This document shows, in pieces, positions 28,174 to 37,506 of a stretch of 64,000 nucleotides of DNA (the first letter of the stretch is position 1; each line of letters starts with the position of its first letter). Made by a program: the position numbers and the translations under genes. The notes below the pieces were generated by a model, which worked only from the letters and a program-made list of their open reading frames with translations, had not been told where the DNA came from and searched no databases. The DNA comes from Desulfatiglandales bacterium (lineage in GTDB: Bacteria; Desulfobacterota; DSM-4660; Desulfatiglandales; Desulfatiglandaceae): NCBI GenBank assembly GCA_963666345.1, contig OY762721.1, positions 832,001 through 896,000 on the forward strand. Direction: 5' to 3'.

Positions 28174-28294
28174 AAAATTAAAAGCAAGACGTAATCGAAA
28201 AAGATTCATCTGTTGCATGGACAGGTGTTTTTTCTCTTGACTAGCCCTTTAATGGGTGACCCCTTTCTCCCCTTTCTCGGTTACGCGTGTGGCA

Positions 28295-28450
28295 CGCCAT
28301 GGCTACCAATGCCACCCGCGTTGTCGGACCGGCGGTAGGCGGCATTCTGATTGTTGCCTTTGGCGCTGCAGGTAAATTCCTGTTGCAGTCGGCGCTGTAC
28401 CTGTGTATGGTGGCTCATTTTCCCGATGAGAGTGCCGTACCGAGACACTG
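28295..28450 (+). pseudogene. MFS transporter internal fragment
   Basis: AMATNATRVVGPAVGGILIVAFGAAG..LLQSALYLCMV; frameshifted, no start codon. Confidence 0.6.
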
Positions 28451-28509
28451 CATCAGCCAGTAACGCGTCGGCCCTGCGCAATCTGCAAGAGGGCATCCAG
28501 GAGGATTTG

Positions 28510-29952
28510 ATGCATACAGTAACATTTCACCGGCTGCCGGTTCTTTTTTTATTATCCGTAAGTTGTTTCTGCTTTTACCTGTCCGTTATGATCCCGGCGC
28601 CAAGCGCTTTTGCCCAGCCGGTCGGTGAAATCGGTGCGGCGAAGGGGAATGAAGCTGTAGTTGAGAAGCTTCGTAAGATGACTCCCGAGGAAATTGCAAA
28701 CCTGGATGCCTTTCTGGCCCAGGCCCTGACACTTTATTATGACCGCAAATTTGCACTGGCGCTTCCCATTTTCAAGGAATTGGCCGATAAGGTCGAGACC
28801 ATGGACATCATGTTCTGGCTCGGCACCAGTGCGGCCCAGGCGGGCGAGACTCATCTGGCAATTGAAAAATTTCAGAAAATGCTCGCCATCAATCCGAGGC
28901 TGCACCGGGTCCGGCTGGAACTGGCCGCGGCTTTCTTTAAACTGGGGCGGGATGCGGCTGCGCGCAAAGAGCTGCAATTCGTCCTTGACGCGAACCCTCC
29001 GGCAGCTGTCCGGTCGAACATCGATAAAATAATGGCCGCTATTGATGAAAGAACGCGAACTGTATCCTCGAATTTTCGATTGTCCACCGGGTACATGTGG
29101 GATAACAACATAACCTCCGGTCCCGATCCCGGTGTTTACAACCTTCCGGGGGGCTCCTCGTTTTGTCCGGCGCCGACTTCGGCAAAACTTTCCGACCAGG
29201 CCTCGGTCACTAGTTTTGCCGGGAATCTGCTCTATGATCTCGGTGAAAGGCAGGGGCTGATGTGGAACACCACCGCTTCGGCCTACCTGAAGTTTTACAA
29301 GAATTACAGCGAGTTTGATTACATGGCCCTGGATGTCAATACGGGGCCGTGGTGGACAACGCAGCAGGGTATTTTTAAATTTCCTTTGGGCTACACGCAC
29401 ACGGAATACGGCAGCGATCGCTTGTCCTATATCCTTCACATCGACCCCAGCTACGAGTATTTTTTTAACAGCACCGTCAGCCTGAGAGGATCGTATACTT
29501 ACAAGAACGAACGGTTCTATCAGAAATTACGCGCTGATAATTTCGACAATACCGGCCATATCGTGGAGCTTGCCCCGACAATATATCTCGGCAACCGCCG
29601 GCATATCATTTCGGCCTCTTTGGGGTATGACTATCATGATGCGGAAAATGATATCTTCTCCTATTCCGCACCGATAGCCGGGATCAGCTATTTTACCTGG
29701 TTCCCCACCCGCACGGAGCTGTACCTGAGCTACCAGTGGACCCGGCGGGATTATGATGATCCCCAGCTGTTTCCGTACGCCGGCTTGAAGCGGGAAGACA
29801 TCCGTCATTTGTTCACCGGCGTGCTGAGCCAGCGGATTTATAAATATTTAAACCTGTCCTATGCCTTTACATATACGGACAACGATTCCAATCTTGCATT
29901 GAACGATTGGCGCAAGACGACTCACACCGTCAGCTTGGGCTGTCAGTTTTAA
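28510..29952 (+). CDS. TPR + outer-membrane beta-barrel protein (Slam/DUF560, T11SS-like)
   Basis: Signal peptide; TPRs (RVRLELAAAFFKLG...AARKELQFVL); amphipathic beta strands; C-terminal Phe (VSLGCQF); RBS before ATG 28510. Confidence 0.75.
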   Translation: MHTVTFHRLPVLFLLSVSCFCFYLSVMIPAPSAFAQPVGEIGAAKGNEAVVEKLRKMTPEEIANLDAFLAQALTLYYDRKFALALPIFKELADKVETMDIMFWLGTSAAQAGETHLAIEKFQKMLAINPRLHRVRLELAAAFFKLGRDAAARKELQFVLDANPPAAVRSNIDKIMAAIDERTRTVSSNFRLSTGYMWDNNITSGPDPGVYNLPGGSSFCPAPTSAKLSDQASVTSFAGNLLYDLGERQGLMWNTTASAYLKFYKNYSEFDYMALDVNTGPWWTTQQGIFKFPLGYTHTEYGSDRLSYILHIDPSYEYFFNSTVSLRGSYTYKNERFYQKLRADNFDNTGHIVELAPTIYLGNRRHIISASLGYDYHDAENDIFSYSAPIAGISYFTWFPTRTELYLSYQWTRRDYDDPQLFPYAGLKREDIRHLFTGVLSQRIYKYLNLSYAFTYTDNDSNLALNDWRKTTHTVSLGCQF

Positions 29953-29971
29953 TAAAAAAGGGAGTAAACAC

Positions 29972-31777
29972 ATGGTAAGATCCTATCCGTCCATCGCCTG
30001 TAAGTTTGGTTTGCTGCTTTGCGCTGCGGCCGTATTGTTTTTCCCCGCCGGCACTGCGGCCCAGGAAAAAGGCGACGGTGTTGCACCCGCCGGCCTTTCC
30101 GAAGAATTGCAGGGAATGAGAATCAGCGATGTCTTCATCCCGCTTTTAGCCGAGTCGGTGGGAACCATCCAGTCGCTCAAAGGCCGGCTGGTCGTTCGCC
30201 ATGGCGACACGGCGCGGGCCTATTATGCCGCACCGGGAAACCAGCTGTACGAAAACGATAGCCTTTTTACACTGAAAGATAGCCGCTGCCGTGTAAAGTT
30301 TATTACCGACGATATCATCACCATGGGGGCAAACAGCCGCATCCGCGTCGATCAACTGGCGGATGACCGCAGCGCCTGGGAAAAGCGATCCGTATTCAGC
30401 ATGTTCAAGGGCAAGGCGATGTTTTACGCCCTGCGCCTGTTTCGCTACAAAAAAGTAACGGCCGAGGTGCGTACCCCTACGGCGGTTGCCGGAATCCGGG
30501 GAACTAAATTCGGAGTCGAGGTGGGTAATGCAGAAATAAAGCAGGTCTCCGCCGGCCCTGCCTATACGGCGAATGCTTCAGGAAGCCTGCCGCCGGGGTC
30601 GCTGGCGAAAAATAATCTCGGGGAAGGATTTCGTACAACGGTGTATGGTTTTGACGGAGAGGTTCAAGTGGCCCCGACAGATGGCAGCACGCCCCAGATA
30701 GTGGGCGCAGGCGAGACTGTTACGGTGGGCCTGGCAGGAACCGTTGAAGTGACGCCCACCCCGCCGGATACGGCCCGGCAGTTTGCCTTGGAAACCGGTG
30801 AAGCGGGCGGTGCCGCAGCGGGAGGTGACGGAAGTGGCGATGCGGGAACCGGTGAAGCGGGAGGTGCCGCAACGGGAGATATCAATGCCTATGCCACTGC
30901 CGGAAGCGCCGAAGCCGGCGCTGCTGACCTGAATCAGAATCTGACCACCCAGACCATTCAGCAGTCGGTTGTCTCCGGTGCCCGGGTCGGCTATTTTTCG
31001 GCACTTCTGACCCGATATGATGGGGGGAGCGCACTAGCGGATATTTATACCAATTCCACAAGAGCGGATTTTAATAGCGATCAGATCTCCGGAAATTCCA
31101 TTGTGGACCCGGTCGGCTTCGCGGTGTTAACCGGCATCGGGACCCAGGATGAGTCCTATATCAAGCAGATCAAAACCGGTGCCGCCTTCGACAGCGGGGA
31201 TCTGGGTACCACCCGGCCGATGGACAATCCGGATAATTTCCCCGGCTGGCCGAATGAAGACCTTCCGGGCGAAAGCGCTTATATGGAATGGGGCTTCTGG
31301 CGTATGTCCGACTGGGTTCCCGGGGATGATACGACACCCACGTATGCCATTACAGACAGGGCCTATTATGTCTGCGGCGTGGTTACCCCGGATGCGGCGG
31401 CAGCCGGCATTGTCGGCACCTATGCCGGTTCTGCCTGGGGCACCTATTTCAACGCCGATGGCGGCATCGACATGACCGGCGGGTTCACCTGCGACGTCAA
31501 TGTTCCGGCCGGATCGGTGTCGGGATTTGACCTGGCTGTTTCCGGTTCAGATGGCATGACGGCTGAAATTATTGATGGCACCGGCAGTTTTGTCGGTTCC
31601 AGCGGCGAGTTTGAGATCACCGGCGGGAGCTGGTATTTAAACGAAGCGCCGGCCGTATACAAGTCGCTGAGCGGCTCACTGTATGGATCGGCCGGAGAAC
31701 AAATCGGCGGAGCCTGGGCCATGGGTGTTGGAGCGGACAACAATGCCGCAGTGGGGATTTTCGTCGGTGACAAGTAG
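29972..31777 (+). CDS. Secreted FecR-domain protein with a C-terminal TbpB-like beta-barrel
   Basis: Signal peptide; VRTPTAVAGIRGTKF (FecR); Gly/Ala linker; GSLYGSAGEQIGGAW...GIFVGDK tail. Confidence 0.75.
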   Translation: MVRSYPSIACKFGLLLCAAAVLFFPAGTAAQEKGDGVAPAGLSEELQGMRISDVFIPLLAESVGTIQSLKGRLVVRHGDTARAYYAAPGNQLYENDSLFTLKDSRCRVKFITDDIITMGANSRIRVDQLADDRSAWEKRSVFSMFKGKAMFYALRLFRYKKVTAEVRTPTAVAGIRGTKFGVEVGNAEIKQVSAGPAYTANASGSLPPGSLAKNNLGEGFRTTVYGFDGEVQVAPTDGSTPQIVGAGETVTVGLAGTVEVTPTPPDTARQFALETGEAGGAAAGGDGSGDAGTGEAGGAATGDINAYATAGSAEAGAADLNQNLTTQTIQQSVVSGARVGYFSALLTRYDGGSALADIYTNSTRADFNSDQISGNSIVDPVGFAVLTGIGTQDESYIKQIKTGAAFDSGDLGTTRPMDNPDNFPGWPNEDLPGESAYMEWGFWRMSDWVPGDDTTPTYAITDRAYYVCGVVTPDAAAAGIVGTYAGSAWGTYFNADGGIDMTGGFTCDVNVPAGSVSGFDLAVSGSDGMTAEIIDGTGSFVGSSGEFEITGGSWYLNEAPAVYKSLSGSLYGSAGEQIGGAWAMGVGADNNAAVGIFVGDK

Positions 31778-31992
31778 GGGGAGTGTCACAACCCCGGTTG
31801 ATCCCCCGACAATACCGTAATCGCCGCCGCCCTGGGGCGGCACGATTGTGGAAATTCAAACACCTTACTTAATTATTGAAAGAAGAACTAAACCGCTGCG
31901 CGGTAGCCATCCCATCGCCTGTTTCATCGGATTATAATACCAGTCTACATACATCATCCTTTGTCAAACCGTCAGCCTGTGCTGGCGGATAT

Positions 31993-32158
31993 CAAAATCA
32001 AAGGAGGTTGTATGATGGGAACGTTAAGAGATCAGATGCTGATGGATTTACAGTTGAGCGGGGCCAAACCGACGACACAAGCGGCCTATCTGCGGGAAGT
32101 AGGGAACCTGGCAAAATACTTTAGGCGCTCCCCGGCGGAAAAGGACAAGGGGTCATAA
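31993..32158 (+). pseudogene. Tyrosine recombinase N-terminal SAM-like domain fragment
   Basis: LRDQMLMDLQLSG....TQAAYLREV..LAKYFRRSP; good RBS; truncated beside GGGGTCA (32149-32155). Confidence 0.8.
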
Positions 32159-32234
32159 GGGGTGGCGCAATCCTTCGGAATCACATGTCGGTTTCATCGG
32201 AATAGGCAACAAGAGCAGGCTTGACTCTTTGCGA

Positions 32235-32861
32235 CTATTGTTTACGTTTGAAAAGCCGTGGATTGCCTTTAATGAACGCTTGAATCCACCGTTCAAGGAA
32301 TGACCGGTCTCTGGCGGTTTTGACGTAGCCGTACCCCAGCACACTGATTGCCAAGGCTCCAAGAGTATCGACTATTAAGTCCCACATTGTGTCGGTCAAC
32401 CCGGAAGGATCACCGAGCATTTCTTTTTGCATGTTCATGCTGAAGAAACTATCCATACTAAATTCAAAGATTTCCCACAAGGCGCCTGTTCCAACAGCAA
32501 ACAAAAAGGCAAAAAATGCAACAAAGCCCGGCTTCATGTGTACTTCAATGTCTTCCGTTTCGTTTAATACATGCACCAGTAGAAAACCGATAATCCCGAG
32601 TAAAAATCCGGAGCCGGAGTGAAGAGCTATATCCCACCACCAGAAACGAGTATAGTATCCACGGATTTCACCCAGGAACAGCGATGCAAAAACAAATGCA
32701 ATCGAAAGCAGTAAAAACACGGGAGGAATAAAGACGTGAAAGAGCTTTCCGAAAAAAAAGGGGCCAAGCGTTACTATGATTATCCCGGTGGTGGTCACAG
32801 CTGCAAGCCACTGATGCTCCCACACGGCAACGCCTACCTCAACAACCAGTATTGCCTGGAG
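32235..32861 (-). pseudogene. Membrane protein copy 2 (5'-truncated paralogue of 22049-22714)
   Basis: Near-identical to 22049-22675; identity stops at 32861 with an in-frame TGA just upstream; may restart at GTG 32825. Confidence 0.8.
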
Positions 32862-33193
32862 GATTACCTGTCAAAATAGCGCCCAGGTTCGCAGGGCCTT
32901 CGGTTCTCCACAAATGCAATTGAGCCAACAAGGACATATACTATAACTTCAATCAAAAAAAGCAATAATAAAACGTATTTATACCGGAAAAATGCATTTT
33001 CAACATTTTTGAAAAATATTATCGCAATAATTGATTAAAAGAGGAAAGGCGGTTGATTCTTATAGCGGTTATGCAAGCACAAACAGAGTGAGGCAGAAGG
33101 TTATCAGTCTTATCGTAAGGTGCCTGAAGCCCCTTATACGGCACGGCTAACAGGCCGGCCTTGTTAAACCGGGTGTTTCATGAAGTTCACATC

Positions 33194-33232
33194 TTGACTA
33201 AATTAGCTAAAAAGCCTATTATAGCTTAATTT
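33194..33232 (+). promoter_or_regulatory. TA promoter with operator-like inverted repeat
   Basis: TTGACT-17-TATTAT; AAATTAGCTA / TAGCTTAATTT. Confidence 0.55.
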
Positions 33233-33247
33233 AACAGGGAGATTATT

Positions 33248-33484
33248 ATGCAAATAACCGCCACAGAACTTAAAAACAGACTCGGCCGGTATTTGGATGC
33301 CGCCGAAACATCTCCTGTAATAGTCGAGAAATCAGGGAGAATAAAATCCGTATTAATATCAAATGCCATGTATGAAAAATTCCTTGCCTATGAAGATGCC
33401 TATTGGGCCTCCAAGGCCAAGGCCGCCGAACAAGAGGGGTATTTAGGTGAAAAGGCCTCTGAAGCGCTTCTGGCAGGGAATTGA
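33248..33484 (+). CDS. Phd/YefM-family antitoxin
   Basis: ITATELKNRLGRYLD...PVIVEKSGR. Confidence 0.9.
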   Translation: MQITATELKNRLGRYLDAAETSPVIVEKSGRIKSVLISNAMYEKFLAYEDAYWASKAKAAEQEGYLGEKASEALLAGN

Positions 33485-33759
33485 TAATGCATAAGATTGA
33501 TATTACAAAGGCTGCCGGTAAATTTATCAAAAGATTACCAGCCAAACAATATCGACAAGTAGTCAGTACCATACTTGAACTCAGGAAAGATCCAACGCCT
33601 AATGATTCCAGGCTGCTGGCAGGCTATACAGAATACCATCGTGTTGATATCGGAGAATACAGGATAGTTTATCGTTTTGATGATGATACGGTCTATATCG
33701 CTATTGTCGGCAAAAGAAACGACGATGAAGTTTATAAGCAAAAGTCTTCTCCCAATTAG
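33481..33759 (+). CDS. RelE/ParE-family toxin
   Basis: AGKFIKRL...P.P.DSR.L.GY..YHRVDIGEYRIVY...GKRNDDEVY. Confidence 0.9.
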   Translation: MIMHKIDITKAAGKFIKRLPAKQYRQVVSTILELRKDPTPNDSRLLAGYTEYHRVDIGEYRIVYRFDDDTVYIAIVGKRNDDEVYKQKSSPN

Positions 33760-33768
33760 TTGGGAGAA

Positions 33769-33901
33769 AGGGTCCAAGGACCCAAGGGGTCAAGGATTCA
33801 TTTAGATCAACTCTTTTGGAGATGATCCAAAAATACCGGTCTTATCGCACAAAATGCCTGACAACCCTTGCCTCCTCCGCCTCAAGCCCCTTCCCCCTTG
33901 A
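33769..33901. repeat. Octamer-array element (AGGRNYCA x4) with a degenerate inverted array
   Basis: AGGGTCCA AGGACCCA AGGGGTCA AGGATTCA at 33769-33800; pyrimidine-rich counterpart at about 33860-33900. Confidence 0.6.
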
Positions 33902-33975
33902 GTAGTTTCCTCATTTGAAGAAAAAGACAACCAAGAACCACTTGACAAACGTGTCAAAATAGGTACATTAAATCT

Positions 33976-34044
33976 ATGGATAAATTCGAAAAAGTAATGG
34001 AAGTTTACTTTATTCAATCTGATTCCGGCAGGATATATGAATGA
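33976..34044 (+). pseudogene. Internally deleted RelE/HigB-like toxin
   Basis: MDKFEKVMEVYFIQSDSGRIYE*; follows a TTGACA promoter with the palindrome TTGACAAACGTGTCAA; stop overlaps the XRE start (ATGA). Confidence 0.6.
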
Positions 34045-34337
34045 ATACCAAGGATATGAAACATAAAAACATAGGCCAAAGCCTTGATGATTTTCTGGAA
34101 GAAGAAGGAATCTTAAAAGAAGTAGAAGAAGTTGCAATTAAGCGGGTCCTTTCTTATCAAATAGAGCAATTGATGAAAGAGCAAGGGCTTACAAAAACAA
34201 CCATGGCTGTCAGGATGAAAACAAGCAGGTCTGCGCTCAATCGATTACTGGACCCGGAAAATGAATCGGTCACACTGCAGACATTAAGGCGGGCCGCAAG
34301 TGTACTAGGCAGGCGAGTGAGCCTAAAGCTGGCTTGA
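34041..34337 (+). CDS. XRE-family HTH antitoxin-like protein
   Basis: IGQSLDDFLEEEGI...TKTTMA.RMKTSRSALNRLLDP.N.SVTLQTL. Confidence 0.88.
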   Translation: MNTKDMKHKNIGQSLDDFLEEEGILKEVEEVAIKRVLSYQIEQLMKEQGLTKTTMAVRMKTSRSALNRLLDPENESVTLQTLRRAASVLGRRVSLKLA

Positions 34338-34407
34338 TTAGATATGCAGGCAAAGCGTATGCGACTTTCACCAAACGTTTAATTCTCTATAAGATCCTTG
34401 GGAACCC

Positions 34408-37400
34408 TTATACAGCACGGCTGAAAGGTCTCTGTTTCCCGATCCTGTCAAGAGATCCTATCCATCTGACCGTCATGGTAACGGCGCCTGAGTCCTCCTC
34501 CACCCGTCCCTTTATGAGATAGGAGCGCATAGGCTCAAGCATGTGGCAGAACCTCTTGTAGGTATCAGGGAAAAACAGGGTCTCATAAAGGCCTGTCTGA
34601 TCCTCAAATGAGACGAATTTCATTAGATCCCCGCCTTCCGTGTGGATGGTCTTGCCTGCTATGTAAAGCCCCAGGGTAGTGACATCCTTTCCTATGAAGC
34701 GCCCGAGCTGATCGGCGCGCACGTGCCTGATGCCCCTACAGGCGTCCCTGTAAAGATCAAGCGGGTGCACGGACAGGATGAATCCGAGTGTTTCAGCCTC
34801 ATGCTGAAGTAGCTGCTTCTTTGAATAGGGTCCGGGATCGCATCTTTTCATTTTGGCCTTGGATACCCCCCTTCCCTTTACAGGTACCGTATCAAAGAAA
34901 AGGCTTGTCTGAGAAGGCTCTTTTGAATGAAAAAACTCCATTGCCTCCCACAGAAGAGCTGCCCTTGAAGCCCCCCCTGAAACGGCATCAAGGCAGCCTG
35001 CCTTTATGAGAAGCCTTATATCCTTCAGGTGCACCCTCAGCCCTGTCCTTGAAACAAGGTCTCCTAAAGATAAAAAATCCCCCCTTTTCTCCCTTTCATC
35101 GATAATGACTTCAGAGGCCGCCACGGAAAGATCTTTTATCTGCATGAGCCCGACCCTGATCTTCCTTCCCCTTCCCTTGTACTTTATCCCGCTTCTGTTT
35201 ATATCGGGGGGAAGGACAGCAAGCCCCATCCTCCTTGCCTCTGATATGTACCCGTAGGTGGAGTAATAGCCGCCTCCGTTTGATATGACGGATGCCATGA
35301 ATTCCGCCGGGTAGTGGGCCCTTAAAAAGGCGGACTTGTACGCAACCATTGTATAGCTTGCCGAATGGGGCTTACAGAAGCTGTAGCCGTCAAATCCCAT
35401 CATCATCTGCCATACCTTTTCTATTGTCTCATCCGCCACCCCCTTGCTCCTTGCCCCTTTTAAAAAGCGGTTGTAAAAATCTGCAAGCCTTTTTCCGCGC
35501 GCCTTTTTGCTTACCACCTTTCTCAAGGTGTCCGCCTCTGCCGGATCAAAGCCTGCGAGATGTATGGCTGCAAGGCTCAACTGCTCCTGAAAAACCATTA
35601 CCCCGAGCGTCTCCCTGAGCACGGGTCTTAAAAGGGGGTGTGGCGCGTCCCACGGCTCACCCTTGAGCCTCGATATCCACGCGCGTATGCCGGCGCTTGA
35701 TGCGGGCCTTATGATGGAGGTCACGACCACGTTCATCTGAAAGTGATCCGCATTGAGATATTTCCCAAAGGAAAAGGCAGAGCCCACCTTACAAAGCAGC
35801 TGCCTGGTTGCAGGGCTTTCAAAGTAGAACACACCGAATGTGTCCCCGTTATAAAACATGCGCACGGTCTCTGGGTCATCAACAGGATTGAGTTCAGCGT
35901 ACTCGATCCTTTTGCCGTAGTTTTTCTCAACCATAAAAAGGGCGTCCCGAATGACGGCAAGGCTGCGGTTTCCCAGGATATCTATCTTTACAAGGCCTGC
36001 CGCCTCAACCGATTCCTTTTCCCACTGAAGCACCTGAACCCCTGAGGCCGATATCTCAACCGGGCAGTATCTCCTTATCTCGTCAGGCACCACCACAAAG
36101 CCCCCGCAGTGGGTGGAAAGGTGGTTGAAGCGCCCCTCAAACAGGGCTGCAGCCTCTATTACCTCCTTCCACGGCCCTTTTAGATCAACCCCTTTGAGCC
36201 TCGGGTGACGGGAGATCTCATCTTTTATCTCTTTTAAGCGCATGTTAAACCCGATCCTGCCCGTCACCTTCCCGATCTCGCCTTCGGTCAGGCCGAACAC
36301 CTTTCCCGCCTCTCTTAAGGCACCCCTTGCGGCATATCTGTTATGATTCGCCACCATGGCGGCCCTTCTGTGGCCGTATTTCGAAAAGACGTAATCCAGG
36401 ACCTTTTCCCTTTCATCCCAGGCAAAATCGATATCTATGTCGGGCGGGTCCTTTCTTCCCCGGTTAAGAAACCTTTCAAAGAAAAGATTGTGCCTTATAG
36501 GGTCCACATGGGTTATGCCGAGCGCGTAGGAGACGATGGAGGCTGCGGCGCTTCCCCTTCCGCATGAGCGGGCGGCCTTTGATGTGATATCCGCCACCAC
36601 AAGAAAGTAGTGTGAAAACCCCTTCTCCTTTATGATCGCCATCTCGCGGGCGACCCTTTCTTTTACAGGTACTGTTATTTCGCCGTATCTCTTCCCGCAC
36701 CCTTCAAGGGTCATCCGGTAGAGCCTTTCATATGCCTTTTTATCCGTGTCTTCTTTAAAGCGGGGAAAGATAAGCCGTGAAAAATCCCAGGTTCTAAGGC
36801 AGGCATCAGCCACCTTTACGGTGTTTTCAAGAGCGGCAGGCGCGTGCGGGAACTGATCGCACATCGCAGAAGCCGGTTTCATAAAGCAGGTCTTCCTGCA
36901 TGTGTCATCGTGGGTAAGGCGGGATATCTTGCTGTTTGAGCTGACAGCCCTTAGGATGAGGTGCAGCCTGAAATCCTCTTTCTTTAAGAAATAGACCCTG
37001 TTTGTTGCAAGGGGGGGGATCTTGAACTTCCTTGAAAATGCGTAGCATGCGGCCATCCGGTAGCCGGGTGAGATCTCCACAAACAGGTCGCGGCCGGAGT
37101 CTTTTTTAAGGGCCTTAAGGAGCGTAAAATCATCCGTAAATATGACAAGCCCCCGCCTTTTCTCCCTGATCGCGCGGACAAGGTCAAAATCTGTGCCGCA
37201 TTTCATCTCGGAGATTATCCTGCACAGGTTTTTGTAGCCCTCGACTGTCTTTACAAGGGCTATTGCGCGGTTTTTGCCTGATATGAGTTCCGAGCCCAGA
37301 ACAGGCTCTATCCCCATATCACGGGCGGCCTCTATGAAAAAGACGGCCCCGTAGAGGCAGTTTGTGTCTGTAAGGGCAAGCCTTTTCATGCCAAGAGCGC

Positions 37401-37506
37401 AGGCGGTCCTGCACAGATCCTTTACCCCTGCCGTGCCCCACCCCCTTGAAAAATGCGAGTGCGTGTTAAGATGCACAAAGGGGGGAGCCGGCATGCGCCC
37501 TTCCAT
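34408..37506 (-). CDS. dnaE2: Error-prone DNA polymerase III alpha DnaE2 (ImuC)
   Basis: PHP domain, GRGSAA, FFERFL, PPDIDIDF, YSFCKPHS, OB fold; in an operon with imuB and lexA. Confidence 0.92.
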   Translation of the reverse strand: MEGRMPAPPFVHLNTHSHFSRGWGTAGVKDLCRTACALGMKRLALTDTNCLYGAVFFIEAARDMGIEPVLGSELISGKNRAIALVKTVEGYKNLCRIISEMKCGTDFDLVRAIREKRRGLVIFTDDFTLLKALKKDSGRDLFVEISPGYRMAACYAFSRKFKIPPLATNRVYFLKKEDFRLHLILRAVSSNSKISRLTHDDTCRKTCFMKPASAMCDQFPHAPAALENTVKVADACLRTWDFSRLIFPRFKEDTDKKAYERLYRMTLEGCGKRYGEITVPVKERVAREMAIIKEKGFSHYFLVVADITSKAARSCGRGSAAASIVSYALGITHVDPIRHNLFFERFLNRGRKDPPDIDIDFAWDEREKVLDYVFSKYGHRRAAMVANHNRYAARGALREAGKVFGLTEGEIGKVTGRIGFNMRLKEIKDEISRHPRLKGVDLKGPWKEVIEAAALFEGRFNHLSTHCGGFVVVPDEIRRYCPVEISASGVQVLQWEKESVEAAGLVKIDILGNRSLAVIRDALFMVEKNYGKRIEYAELNPVDDPETVRMFYNGDTFGVFYFESPATRQLLCKVGSAFSFGKYLNADHFQMNVVVTSIIRPASSAGIRAWISRLKGEPWDAPHPLLRPVLRETLGVMVFQEQLSLAAIHLAGFDPAEADTLRKVVSKKARGKRLADFYNRFLKGARSKGVADETIEKVWQMMMGFDGYSFCKPHSASYTMVAYKSAFLRAHYPAEFMASVISNGGGYYSTYGYISEARRMGLAVLPPDINRSGIKYKGRGRKIRVGLMQIKDLSVAASEVIIDEREKRGDFLSLGDLVSRTGLRVHLKDIRLLIKAGCLDAVSGGASRAALLWEAMEFFHSKEPSQTSLFFDTVPVKGRGVSKAKMKRCDPGPYSKKQLLQHEAETLGFILSVHPLDLYRDACRGIRHVRADQLGRFIGKDVTTLGLYIAGKTIHTEGGDLMKFVSFEDQTGLYETLFFPDTYKRFCHMLEPMRSYLIKGRVEEDSGAVTMTVRWIGSLDRIGKQRPFSRAV

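Noticed and set aside
28351..28509. N-terminal extension of the OMP ORF given in the track
   Set aside because: Overlaps a decayed MFS fragment; RBS and signal peptide support ATG 28510
33144..33169. Mini-attC (GGCTAAC...GTTAAAC) before phd-relE
   Set aside because: Too short to hold L boxes; only a small hairpin overlapping the 24-bp direct repeat
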